Positions 38,699-46,636 of a DNA stretch of 64,000 nucleotides are shown in pieces (within the stretch, counting starts at the first letter, position 1; each line of letters opens with the position of its first letter). Position numbers and translations under genes: made by a program. The notes beneath the pieces are model-generated. The model searched no databases and was not told where the DNA came from. It saw only the letters and a program-made list of their open reading frames with translations. Origin of the DNA: Candidatus Omnitrophota bacterium (GTDB lineage Bacteria > Ratteibacteria > UBA8468 > MWAK01); contig JBDRQI010000011.1 of the NCBI GenBank assembly GCA_043826355.1, positions 21,418 through 85,417 of the forward strand. Reading direction: 5' to 3'.

Positions 38699-39314
38699 CG
38701 GAAAGGTTTGTGGTGTCAAGATAGCAGGCGTCTTCTGCCTGACGCAAGGGGGCAACGGAGCGGGAACGGTCATGGTTGTCCCGCTCCGCCACCTCCTCCG
38801 CAATTTTGGTAATTGGTTGTTCAACCCCTGCCCTGGTCAGGTCTTTGCCCCGTCTTTTGGCGCGGGTCTCCAGGTTTGCATCCAGGTAAATCTTAAGCGT
38901 TGCGTTCGGAAAGACTACCGTGGTTGTATCCCTGCCTTCGGCCACCAAACTTTCCCTTTCGGCAAATTTCCGCTGTAACGGGAGGATGGCCTGTCGTACT
39001 TCCGGGGAGCGGGCGATATAAAAGGTGTTTCGCGTTACCTCCGGAGTGCGTATTTGGTCGGTTATTTCCCGGCCGTCCATAAAGACGTGCAGCCCATCCG
39101 CCTTATCCTGCAGGTCAATCCTGGTCTCCCGGGCAAGCGCGGCCAGCGCTTTCTCATCTTTCAGGTCAAGGCTTTTCTGCATGGCGTTATAGGTAATGGT
39201 GCGGTAAAGAGCGCCGGTATCCAGGTAGAAAAACCCCAGTTTCCGCGCCAGGGTTTTGGCGACCGTGCTTTTGCCGGCGCCGGCCGGCCCGTCAATCGCA
39301 ATGATGTATTTCAT
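38601..39314 (-). CDS. cmk: Cytidylate kinase
   Basis: IAIDGPAGAGKST P-loop, 237 aa. The 3' end overlaps the convergent gene by 98 nt. Confidence 0.92.
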   Translation of the reverse strand: MKYIIAIDGPAGAGKSTVAKTLARKLGFFYLDTGALYRTITYNAMQKSLDLKDEKALAALARETRIDLQDKADGLHVFMDGREITDQIRTPEVTRNTFYIARSPEVRQAILPLQRKFAERESLVAEGRDTTTVVFPNATLKIYLDANLETRAKRRGKDLTRAGVEQPITKIAEEVAERDNHDRSRSVAPLRQAEDACYLDTTNLSVTEVVERLASLFHSVPLSAVQPYCKVPDESPG

Positions 39315-39712
39315 TTCCTTGCCGTTCTTTTCCAGAATTCTCGTGGGGTTAAAATAGGAATATTCTTAAAATCCTTCAGTTTGAGTAAATGTTTATCGCC
39401 GGTTATAATAACGTCCGCCTTGTCTGCCCAAGCAGTTCCCAAAACTTTCAAATCTCCCGGGTCCTGGCAAGCGCCCGGAGAAACCCCTATCGGAACCACC
39501 ACCTTTGTTCCTCTTAACAAAATATCCCGGTGGTTTTTAGTAACGTCCTCGGGCATTCCGAAATCTTCTTCCAGAGATTTAATTACTTCTTCCATAATAA
39601 ACTGACTGGTTATAACCTCGTGTTCGAAAAGACAAAGGGTAAAAATCTCAAAACACAGCCCGCGCGTAGCAAAGGCGGAAATTATCACGTTTGAATCCAG
39701 TAAAACTTTCAT
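39311..39712 (-). CDS. PIN-domain toxin (VapC-like)
   Basis: MKVLLDSNVIISA N-terminus with acidic residues spaced as in PIN domains. 4-nt overlaps with both the antitoxin gene and cmk. Confidence 0.82.
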   Translation of the reverse strand: MKVLLDSNVIISAFATRGLCFEIFTLCLFEHEVITSQFIMEEVIKSLEEDFGMPEDVTKNHRDILLRGTKVVVPIGVSPGACQDPGDLKVLGTAWADKADVIITGDKHLLKLKDFKNIPILTPREFWKRTARK

Positions 39713-39939
39713 CCGCGACGTGGCTTTATCCTTTTAAAAACATCTTCATCAGTGTAGAAACCTGCTTTTTCGGCATACGGAATAGTCTTTGCTCTCACTT
39801 CCCGAAAACGCTGCGCAACAAGATATCGCCGGATGGCTTCCCGGGCTATTTGACCTGCTTTAAGGTTGTTTTTTTTACTGACCAACTCCAGTTCGTTTCT
39901 CAGGTCTTCGGAAATCCGGATTGTAAAAGTACTCGCCAT
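39709..39939 (-). CDS. Ribbon-helix-helix (CopG-like) antitoxin
   Basis: 76 aa with an FTIRISEDLRNELE beta-strand/helix start. Overlaps the PIN gene. Confidence 0.72.
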   Translation of the reverse strand: MASTFTIRISEDLRNELELVSKKNNLKAGQIAREAIRRYLVAQRFREVRAKTIPYAEKAGFYTDEDVFKRIKPRRG

Positions 39940-40060
39940 GGTTCACCTCCATAAGACAATATAACACAAATAGGTTGGAGATGTCAAGTTTGTCTGTTCT
40001 CGGGATTTAGGTGCCTGCGCCGGCCGGCCCGTCAAAAGGTAATTACGTAGTTCACTTTAT

Positions 40061-40134
40061 GTCATTTTGAGCGGTTATTTTATGTCATTCTGAGGCCCTT
40101 CGCTCTGCTCAAGGGTAAACTCCGCCGAAGAATC
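40061..40134. repeat. gtcattYtgag-family repeats
   Basis: gtcattttgagcgg...gtcattctgaggcccttcgc...gaagaatc. Confidence 0.75.
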
Positions 40135-40174
40135 TCTTCCTTGCAGTAGGACAGGCGTCCCGCCTGTCAACCAA

Positions 40175-40834
40175 CTAAAAATCTATCTGATTTCTTACCC
40201 GCACGCACCGGTACAGCGTCACTGCTTCCGAAATGTTCTGGAGCGTATTTTTTAGCACAAGTTTAATGCCCACATAGCCCACAGGAACGCCGGTGCTGGA
40301 AATTGAGAGGTCGGTGTCATAGTAAAGAAATTCGGAAAGACGATTACCGGAAGCATCAAGACGAATTACTTCCAATTGTCTGTCTGTTGCCCAGGTGGGT
40401 TTTAAATCTACGGAACCAAAATACAACGAACCTTCTTTCAAACTATACTTGACTTCAGCAGCATCCCGACCCTGAAAAGTTAATGTGTCTGATGTAGTAT
40501 CTGGGTTAAGAGCAAATGGTTGTATCCCCACCAGTCCTTTCTCCCTGTTTATCCCCGGTCCGTAAACTATCGTATTCATCAGGTAAATTCCCAGGTTTTC
40601 CGCATCCCCGCCGCTGCGCACAACTTTATGGATATTGGTTGCCCGGCCGAAGATAATCGCCAACAGGCCGAAGACAATAACCAGGATTGCGGTTGTCGTC
40701 AGCATCTCAATCAGCGTAAACCCCCTGGAATTACGATTACTGTGATTAAAATGCAGATTACGGTGATTAGGACAAAAATCAGTGTAATCTGTATCTAAAG
40801 CTTTGTAATTTTCATATTTAATCATTGTAATCAT
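40175..40834 (-). CDS. Prepilin-type N-terminal cleavage/methylation domain protein (minor pseudopilin)
   Basis: G|FTLIEMLTTTAILVIVFGLLAII class III signal. It is preceded by an unusually long leader of about 38 aa encoded by GATTAC-type repeats. Confidence 0.72.
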   Translation of the reverse strand: MITMIKYENYKALDTDYTDFCPNHRNLHFNHSNRNSRGFTLIEMLTTTAILVIVFGLLAIIFGRATNIHKVVRSGGDAENLGIYLMNTIVYGPGINREKGLVGIQPFALNPDTTSDTLTFQGRDAAEVKYSLKEGSLYFGSVDLKPTWATDRQLEVIRLDASGNRLSEFLYYDTDLSISSTGVPVGYVGIKLVLKNTLQNISEAVTLYRCVRVRNQIDF

Positions 40835-40853
40835 CTTTTAATAATCTCCGTAA

Positions 40854-41249
40854 TCATGCCATATTTAACCGCCGTATCTGACAACTTTTGTTGCCGAAGT
40901 TTATTAATAATCCGACTTTATATCCTGATGCTTTCAAATAAGATAAAACCTGTGATTCAAACAGAGTAGGAATATTACCTGTTAAGGCTTTAATTTCAAC
41001 CACGACTTTATCTTCTACGATCAAATCCAATCTCAATTTACCAACGTTCTGGTCGTGGAACGAGATGTTGAAACTTTTTTCAGTCTGATATTTTAATTGT
41101 TGGTCTTCTATGGCGATCTTTAAAGCATTATGATATATGCTCTCGTTAAATCCGGGGCCTAATTCACCGTGTACCTTGTAAGCACAGGCAATTATTTTTT
41201 CAGTTAAAGGATCTTTATTTTGAATCCCCGTAATCTGTATTTTACCCAT
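40854..41249 (-). CDS. GxxExxY-family protein (PD-(D/E)XK superfamily)
   Basis: GFNESIY (GxxExxY), D..VE.K core (DLIVEDKVVVEIK) and GLLINFG C-terminal motif. AT-rich. Confidence 0.85.
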   Translation of the reverse strand: MGKIQITGIQNKDPLTEKIIACAYKVHGELGPGFNESIYHNALKIAIEDQQLKYQTEKSFNISFHDQNVGKLRLDLIVEDKVVVEIKALTGNIPTLFESQVLSYLKASGYKVGLLINFGNKSCQIRRLNMA

Positions 41250-41274
41250 TTGGCTAAATATGCCCGGGTTTTAG

Positions 41275-41314
41275 ACCTAATCGCTGTAATCTGAACCTAA
41301 TCGCTGTAATCAGA
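41275..41314. repeat. Tandem 20-nt direct repeat (acctaatcgctgtaatc + 3 nt) x2
   Basis: 41275-41291 and 41295-41311 are identical. Both belong to the GATTAC-type motif family. Confidence 0.85.
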
Positions 41315-41330
41315 CATCCGTCCAGGATGT

Positions 41331-41867
41331 CTAATAATACCCGTTTCTCGTCTTATACGTCACCGTCTTCAGAAGCGGCCTTCCGTTCTTAGAGACCGTA
41401 ACCGTAACCTTTAAAAGGTTGTGGTCACCCGGCATTTCATCTACATTTGGGATGTTGTATTCAGCGGCAAGTATAGGGTTGCCGTCAAACGCCACAATAT
41501 CTGTCGAATAAGTATAAGTAACACTTGAAATGGTTATGGAAGAATCACTGATAGTTCCGAGAGTTCCGCTGGAGCCGGTCGGCGGGAACTTTTGGTCACG
41601 CACCTGGTCTATCGCCATCTGGCTGATTGTAACCGCGTTGGAGATATCAACCGCCCGACCCCGGTTTACGGTATAGCCCATCATCTTGCTCAGGACGACC
41701 AGGGTGGCGGAAACCGCTATGGCTACCACCACTACCGCCAGCACCACCTCAATCAGCGTAAATCCGCATTTTTTGTCATTCTGAGGCGTTAGCCGAAGAA
41801 TCTCGTTCGCAATACGAGACCCTTCGCAACTTCGGCTCAGGGTGACATGATGGGGTGTTATTTTCAT
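41331..41867 (-). CDS. Prepilin-type N-terminal cleavage/methylation domain protein
   Basis: G|FTLIEVVLAVVVVAIAV signal. The ATG at 41867 makes an ATGA overlap with the upstream stop. The 35-aa leader is mostly encoded by a repeat. Confidence 0.72.
   Translation of the reverse strand: MKITPHHVTLSRSCEGSRIANEILRLTPQNDKKCGFTLIEVVLAVVVVAIAVSATLVVLSKMMGYTVNRGRAVDISNAVTISQMAIDQVRDQKFPPTGSSGTLGTISDSSITISSVTYTYSTDIVAFDGNPILAAEYNIPNVDEMPGDHNLLKVTVTVSKNGRPLLKTVTYKTRNGYY
41775..41846. repeat. gtcattctgag-family repeat embedded in the prepilin leader coding region
   Basis: gtcattctgaggcgttagccgaagaatctcg...cttcgcaacttcggctcagggtgac. Confidence 0.8.
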
Positions 41868-43519
41868 CTCAATCTCCATCCCTGCCACGTCGGCACGTAA
41901 GCCCGGCGCCCGCCGGAAAAGCCGGAATAGATATCTTCACCCGGGTCCGCGCCGGTAAAGATGGGATTTATATAGTCCAAAAAGGTTGCGTTGTCCAAAA
42001 ATATTGTGCCGTCAGCCACTAAAACGCCGTTAATATTAGCAGTACAAGTACTGATTGTTATTCCGGAACCGCCGCCAGCTGAATAGACAAGCCCATTAAT
42101 ATTCTGCGTGGTACCAGTAGTTTGAATTGTAATGGTTGCGCTCCCTAAACCCCATCGGTCCATGATCAGGGCGGGTACGTTATAACCGTTGGGTTGTATA
42201 TTGTTGCTCCTGACACCCAGCCATATTGTGCTTTGCGCATAACAGGTTCCCTTGATGTTGGCGCCTCTTAGCGTAATACCATTTTTACCGATAACATAAA
42301 CATCATGATTGGCGTCGCCGATAACACAACCGTTATCCAAAGTGTTATCCATAATAACTGGTCCTTCCGCGAAGAAGTTTGCCAGATAAGGATTTGTGTT
42401 TTCGCCGGCCTGGTTTATCCATATGGTATTATTCGCTTTGATAAGGCCGCCGTTTATCGTTATGCCGAGACCCGTCAGGTTGACATTGTTTCCTTTTACG
42501 CAGACATTGTTGCCGGATTCTATGGTAGGCGTTCCTGAAATATTTACGGTACCGGCGGCGTTGAGAAAGTTGTTGACCGTTGCCTGGTCCCGGAGCTCAA
42601 CATTACCGATAACCTGCGTGTAAGCCTGAATGCTGCTGTTGTCTCGAAACTGGGCGTCTCCATTTATCTGAACATGAAAGCTGATTACGTCGCCGGTTTG
42701 AAACCAGAAGACCGGGCCATTCCAAATTTCGGCTTCAGGCAATGGTCCGGGTCCATCTGGATCGTGATATTGGGGGTATGGGCCGCTCCCGCCGCTTGGG
42801 TCGTCATAGGTATACATTATTGCTTGGGGCGGCGGTTCGTCACCGATAGATTCGAAATAAGCCCGGTTGGGTATAGGCGGTTCGGTAGTGGAAATTTTGG
42901 TCTTTGTCCAATTCCCGGTGGTTGGAAAAGTTGATGCGTTATTAAAATAAACAATATTTCCGTTAATTGTCGCACCGTTTGCGGTGAATAAGTTACAATA
43001 GACCGCGTGCTTATTGAACGCCTCGGATATTCCCTGGGTGGGTCCCTGCCTGATGTTGGTGGTGGAATTATTGCCTCTTAAGGATGTGACAAGGATACGC
43101 CGGATTCCTTTGTGGATGCCAACTGCAACCAGGGTGTCTGGGTAGGAATTATCCTGGATGCCCACGTAATACACCCCCCCTATTTCCGGCAGGCTTCCCA
43201 TTATTCCAGTGGAGAGAAATTCTGAAATTGGAAAAATATCCGTGGGCAGGGTAATCAATTCGGAAGTTTCGAAAGGATTTAATGTTCCGGAAAAGGGATA
43301 ATAATCCGGAGTGTTTTCATAGTTCAGCCGGTAGATGGCGTCGGCTGTTCCGGCTTCAGCCAGGTTCAGGGCGATGGCGGAATTTTTGGCGTATTCGGAC
43401 TGCCGGGAAGTGGCCGCGATTACCCAGAAGAGACTGGCAACCAGCGCCAGGAGGATAAAAGAGGTCAGGAGTGCCACCACCAGCGCCATCCCGCGATTGT
43501 TGTTCATTGTTTTGACCAT
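41864..43519 (-). CDS. Large PilX-N-like pseudopilin with Asn/Gly/Thr-rich beta-helix-like body
   Basis: N-terminal RGMALVVALLTSFILLALVASLF hydrophobic segment, then about 500 aa of repetitive N/G/T/I-rich segments. Confidence 0.62.
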   Translation of the reverse strand: MVKTMNNNRGMALVVALLTSFILLALVASLFWVIAATSRQSEYAKNSAIALNLAEAGTADAIYRLNYENTPDYYPFSGTLNPFETSELITLPTDIFPISEFLSTGIMGSLPEIGGVYYVGIQDNSYPDTLVAVGIHKGIRRILVTSLRGNNSTTNIRQGPTQGISEAFNKHAVYCNLFTANGATINGNIVYFNNASTFPTTGNWTKTKISTTEPPIPNRAYFESIGDEPPPQAIMYTYDDPSGGSGPYPQYHDPDGPGPLPEAEIWNGPVFWFQTGDVISFHVQINGDAQFRDNSSIQAYTQVIGNVELRDQATVNNFLNAAGTVNISGTPTIESGNNVCVKGNNVNLTGLGITINGGLIKANNTIWINQAGENTNPYLANFFAEGPVIMDNTLDNGCVIGDANHDVYVIGKNGITLRGANIKGTCYAQSTIWLGVRSNNIQPNGYNVPALIMDRWGLGSATITIQTTGTTQNINGLVYSAGGGSGITISTCTANINGVLVADGTIFLDNATFLDYINPIFTGADPGEDIYSGFSGGRRAYVPTWQGWRLR

Positions 43520-43528
43520 TCTTTGTTT

Positions 43529-43683
43529 GTCATCCTGAACTGTTAATGATCTGTCACCCTGAACCGATGTTGTGAAGGGTCTCGTATTAAAGGATTAGAT
43601 CCTTCACGGAGTTTACCCTTGAGCAGCGCGAAGGGCTCAGAATGACAAATTACGTCAGATTCTTCACTTTGTTCAGAATGACA
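43529..43683. repeat. Composite gtcatYctgag-family element (copy c5)
   Basis: Same orientation as 36744-36900. About 90% identical to it over the right half, by eye. Confidence 0.85.
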
Positions 43684-43693
43684 AACGAAAGCA

Positions 43694-44329
43694 TTACTGT
43701 ATTCCGGCGTTAAAGATGTAATAGGCGTCATCTCCTTTATCGCCGGCAGGGTTAAAATTTAGGAAATTAGATTGCGCCGCGTTATCCGGGTCGCTTCCGA
43801 TACCATAATTATACTCGCCGTCTCCTCCGGCCGAAATTATGACCATGGCGCCGGTGGCTCCGGCCGGTCTTACCAAAGCATTGGTTGTCCAGAACATCCG
43901 GTAAGGCCTTTTCCAGGGGTCAAGAGGCCGGTAATTTATGTGGTTCTTGTAAGTTGTGTAAGGTCCGGTCCACAAATTCCCTAACTCTGAAGGGAAACCC
44001 GCCGAAGGGGTGTCAATGTCGTCGTTGTCTCCGTCTGTGTAAGTATTTTCAGGAGAGGGTGCGTTCTGCCACGCCCACACCTTCCCCCGCATGGTTGTGG
44101 TGATTTCATTGGTATTTTTTGCCAAATCCTCCAACCGGACATAGTAACCTATTTCGCTGTAGACCTGGGTGATTACGGTTGCCAGGTGCTGCATCTCCGA
44201 GAGGGCGCGGTTGGTCTTTGCCTGTTTCATCGCCCGCAGGACGCCGGGTATCAGGAGCCCGGCCAGGACGGTAATGATGGTGATGACCACCAAAAGTTCA
44301 ATTAGGGTAAAACCGTTCCGATTACGCAT
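43694..44329 (-). CDS. GspG-like major pseudopilin / type IV pilin-like protein
   Basis: MRNRNG|FTLIELLVVITIITVLAGLL with a short leader. DPWKRPY and ISAGGDG motifs as in T2SS G proteins. Confidence 0.83.
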   Translation of the reverse strand: MRNRNGFTLIELLVVITIITVLAGLLIPGVLRAMKQAKTNRALSEMQHLATVITQVYSEIGYYVRLEDLAKNTNEITTTMRGKVWAWQNAPSPENTYTDGDNDDIDTPSAGFPSELGNLWTGPYTTYKNHINYRPLDPWKRPYRMFWTTNALVRPAGATGAMVIISAGGDGEYNYGIGSDPDNAAQSNFLNFNPAGDKGDDAYYIFNAGIQ

Positions 44330-44351
44330 TTTAGGCCTCCGATTTTTTCAT

Positions 44352-44446
44352 GTCATTCTGAGTGAAACGAAGAATCTAATCTTTTAAAGACGAGATCCTT
44401 CGCAAGCACGGCTCAGGATGACATATTATTAACGGCTCAGGATGAC
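44352..44446. repeat. gtcattctgag-family repeats
   Basis: gtcattctgagtgaaacgaagaatc...ggctcaggatgac, with the latter unit repeated twice. Confidence 0.8.
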
Positions 44447-44457
44447 ATATGTTAAGA

Positions 44458-44919
44458 TTACAACCTGCAAATAAAGAGAGCTATCAATATAAAGTATACT
44501 GCCTGAAAGCGGAAAAGTAAAATTTCCTGAGAACGGGTGGCAGCCGGTCCGAGGCGGCTTAAACGGCTGCCCAAAATCTTTCGGTCTATCCCCGCTATCA
44601 TCTCCGGCTTGAAAAAGAGAGCGGTTCCCGTCGCAATCGAGAGGAGGAGCAAAATTAGACGGATAACGTTTAACGTTGGTTCCAGACTGAAGGAGAAGAA
44701 AGGGATGAAGAGGAAAAATAAAAATAATGTCGCAAGGAGTGAAAGACGGGATTGCCGTGCTCCCCCCCACTTCGCCTCCCCCGCCAGGGGGGAGGTATGA
44801 CGGTTACAATGACTATGTAAAATATTCAGGGTTGCCGGGACCAAGCTTTCCGGCAACTTTTCCTCCCGGATTTCTCCGGCCAGCCTGATAATCTCTCTTT
44901 CCAGTTCGTTTGTGTCCAT
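44458..44919 (-). CDS. Hypothetical membrane protein
   Basis: 153-aa ORF with 2-3 hydrophobic helices. It contains a PSP-type repeat in frame (SPLAGEAKWGG). No recognisable family. Confidence 0.4.
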   Translation of the reverse strand: MDTNELEREIIRLAGEIREEKLPESLVPATLNILHSHCNRHTSPLAGEAKWGGARQSRLSLLATLFLFFLFIPFFSFSLEPTLNVIRLILLLLSIATGTALFFKPEMIAGIDRKILGSRLSRLGPAATRSQEILLFRFQAVYFILIALFICRL

Positions 44920-44932
44920 TCTTTTAAGGTGT

Positions 44933-44963
44933 GGATTCCCGATCTAAGCATTCGGGAATGACA
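44933..44963. repeat. 'attcccg...cgggaat' hairpin repeat
   Basis: ggattcccgatctaagcattcgggaatgaca. Confidence 0.75.
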
Positions 44964-45027
44964 TCGTGTGTTTGGTCCTCTATACATTTAGTACCGTTTT
45001 CCGCGAAAAAGGTTCATTCAGTTGATA

Positions 45028-45055
45028 GATTCCCGCTTACCACACGCGGGAATGA
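45028..45055. repeat. 'attcccgc...gcgggaat' hairpin repeat
   Basis: agattcccgcttaccacacgcgggaatgat, abutting the frr stop. Confidence 0.75.
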
Positions 45056-45059
45056 TGTT

Positions 45060-45611
45060 TCATTCCAGAATCTCTTTTTCTTTAGCGGACAGGAGGCGGT
45101 CTATCTCCGCGATGGAATGGTCGGTCAGTTTCTGGACTTCGTTGATGCCGTGGTGCATATCGTCCTCGGAAATCTCTTTTTCCTTCTCGGATTTTTTCAA
45201 TTCTTCGTTGGCTTTATGGCGAACCTCCCGGATTTCCACGCGGCCCTGTTCCGCAATTTTGTGGGCAACCTTGACAACCTCCCTGCGGCGTTCTTCGCTT
45301 AAGGGCGGAATCGGCACCCGGACTCCGGTTGCGTCGGAAATGGGATTTAGGCCCAGGTTGGACGCAAGGATGGCTTTGGAGATTTCACCGGCCAGGGACT
45401 TATCCCAGGGCTGAACCATAATCAGGTTCGGCTGCGGTGTGGTGAGGGTGGCAACCTGGTTGAGGGGAAGGCGGGAGTTATACGCCGCAACAGTGATGCC
45501 GTCCAAAAGGCTGACGTTTGCCCGCGACGCTCGCAACGATGCGTATTCGTGCTTGATGAAATCCAGAATTTTGCGCATATTGCTTTCCGCTTTTTTTACC
45601 TTTTCTCTCAT
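45060..45611 (-). CDS. frr: Ribosome recycling factor
   Basis: 183 aa colinear with Frr (LDGITVAAYNS...PLNQVA...IPPLSEERR). Confidence 0.96.
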   Translation of the reverse strand: MREKVKKAESNMRKILDFIKHEYASLRASRANVSLLDGITVAAYNSRLPLNQVATLTTPQPNLIMVQPWDKSLAGEISKAILASNLGLNPISDATGVRVPIPPLSEERRREVVKVAHKIAEQGRVEIREVRHKANEELKKSEKEKEISEDDMHHGINEVQKLTDHSIAEIDRLLSAKEKEILE

Positions 45612-45642
45612 AAAATTTCCTCCACTACGTTAACGGAACCAT

Positions 45643-45798
45643 TTGTCATTCTGAGCGGTAGCGAAGAATCTGACGTAATTTGTCATCCTGAACCCTTCGC
45701 GTTGCTCAAGGGTAAACTCCGTGAAGGATCTAATCTTTTAAGACGAGATCCTTCGTTTCACTCAGGATGACAGATTCTTAAAGGCTCAGGATGACACC
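45643..45798. repeat. 156-nt composite gtcatYctgag-family element (copy c7)
   Basis: Near-identical inverted copy of 36744-36900. Confidence 0.9.
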
Positions 45799-45805
45799 AT
45801 AATAA

Positions 45806-46516
45806 CTACGAAATTAAGGTGCCGATGTCGGCGCCGCCCAGAACTTTTTTCAGGTTTCCGGTTCGGAAAAGGTTAAAGACGATGATGGGAATCTTGTTCT
45901 CCCGGCACAGGGCGATGGCGGTTGCATCCATTATGTTCAGGTCGTTCTTGAGTACTTCCCCAAAAGAAAGGCGCTGGTACCGCGTGGCTTTCTTTACCTT
46001 TTTGGGGTCAGCCGAGTAAACACCGTCCACCTTGGTTCCTTTCAGGATAATCTGGGCCCGGATTTCAATGGCGCGCAAGGCCGCCGCAGTATCGGTGGTG
46101 AAGTAAGGGCTGCCGGTCCCGCCGGCAAAGATAACCAGCCGGCCTTTTTCCAGGTGCCTAATCGCCCGGCGCCTGATGTATGGTTCCGCCAACTGCTTCA
46201 TTTCCAGGGCGGTTTGAAGCCGCGTGGAAACCCCCAGTCGCTCCATGACAGATTGCAGGGCAAGGCCGTTGATGACCGTTGCCACCATTCCCATGTAATC
46301 GGCGGTTGTTTTATCGATGCCATCTTTACTTACCACCGCGCCCCGGAAAAGGTTTCCGGCGCCCACCACCACGGCCAGCTGGGCGCCCTGGCCGATTGCG
46401 GATTTCAATTCTTCGCCTAATTTTTGCAGGGGTTTTGGTTCAATCCCGAACGCGTCTTCTCCGGAAAATGCCTCGCCGGAAATCTTTACCAGTATCCGCT
46501 GATATCTATTTTTCAT
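45806..46516 (-). CDS. pyrH: UMP kinase
   Basis: ILVKISGEA N-terminus, GAGNLFRG and GGTGSPYFTTD motifs. Confidence 0.96.
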   Translation of the reverse strand: MKNRYQRILVKISGEAFSGEDAFGIEPKPLQKLGEELKSAIGQGAQLAVVVGAGNLFRGAVVSKDGIDKTTADYMGMVATVINGLALQSVMERLGVSTRLQTALEMKQLAEPYIRRRAIRHLEKGRLVIFAGGTGSPYFTTDTAAALRAIEIRAQIILKGTKVDGVYSADPKKVKKATRYQRLSFGEVLKNDLNIMDATAIALCRENKIPIIVFNLFRTGNLKKVLGGADIGTLIS

Positions 46517-46573
46517 AGATTCCCACCGTTAAATACGGGCGACCCTAAAAGGGCCGCGCTACGTTTATGTTAT

Positions 46574-46603
46574 GGATTCCCGCCTGATACATGCGGGAAT
46601 GAT
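46574..46603. repeat. 'attcccgc...gcgggaat' hairpin repeat
   Basis: ggattcccgcctgatacatgcgggaatgat. Confidence 0.75.
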
Positions 46604-46636
46604 ATTAAGTGTTACACACAGTAATGACAAAATGCG

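Noticed and set aside
43543-43731. 62-aa ORF (..CHSEQSEESDVICHSEPFALLKGKLREGS..) and its twin at 45549-45770
   Set aside because: Both are encoded entirely by the composite repeat. The similarity between them reflects DNA repeat identity, not a protein family.
40175-44329. Complete type IV pilus or type II secretion system
   Set aside because: Only pilin-like subunits are present. No ATPase, platform protein, secretin or prepilin peptidase lies in the window.
44429-44770. Alternative 113-aa ORF overlapping 44458-44919 in another frame
   Set aside because: It is shorter and starts inside repeat sequence. The 153-aa frame has clearer hydrophobic helices. Both remain low confidence.
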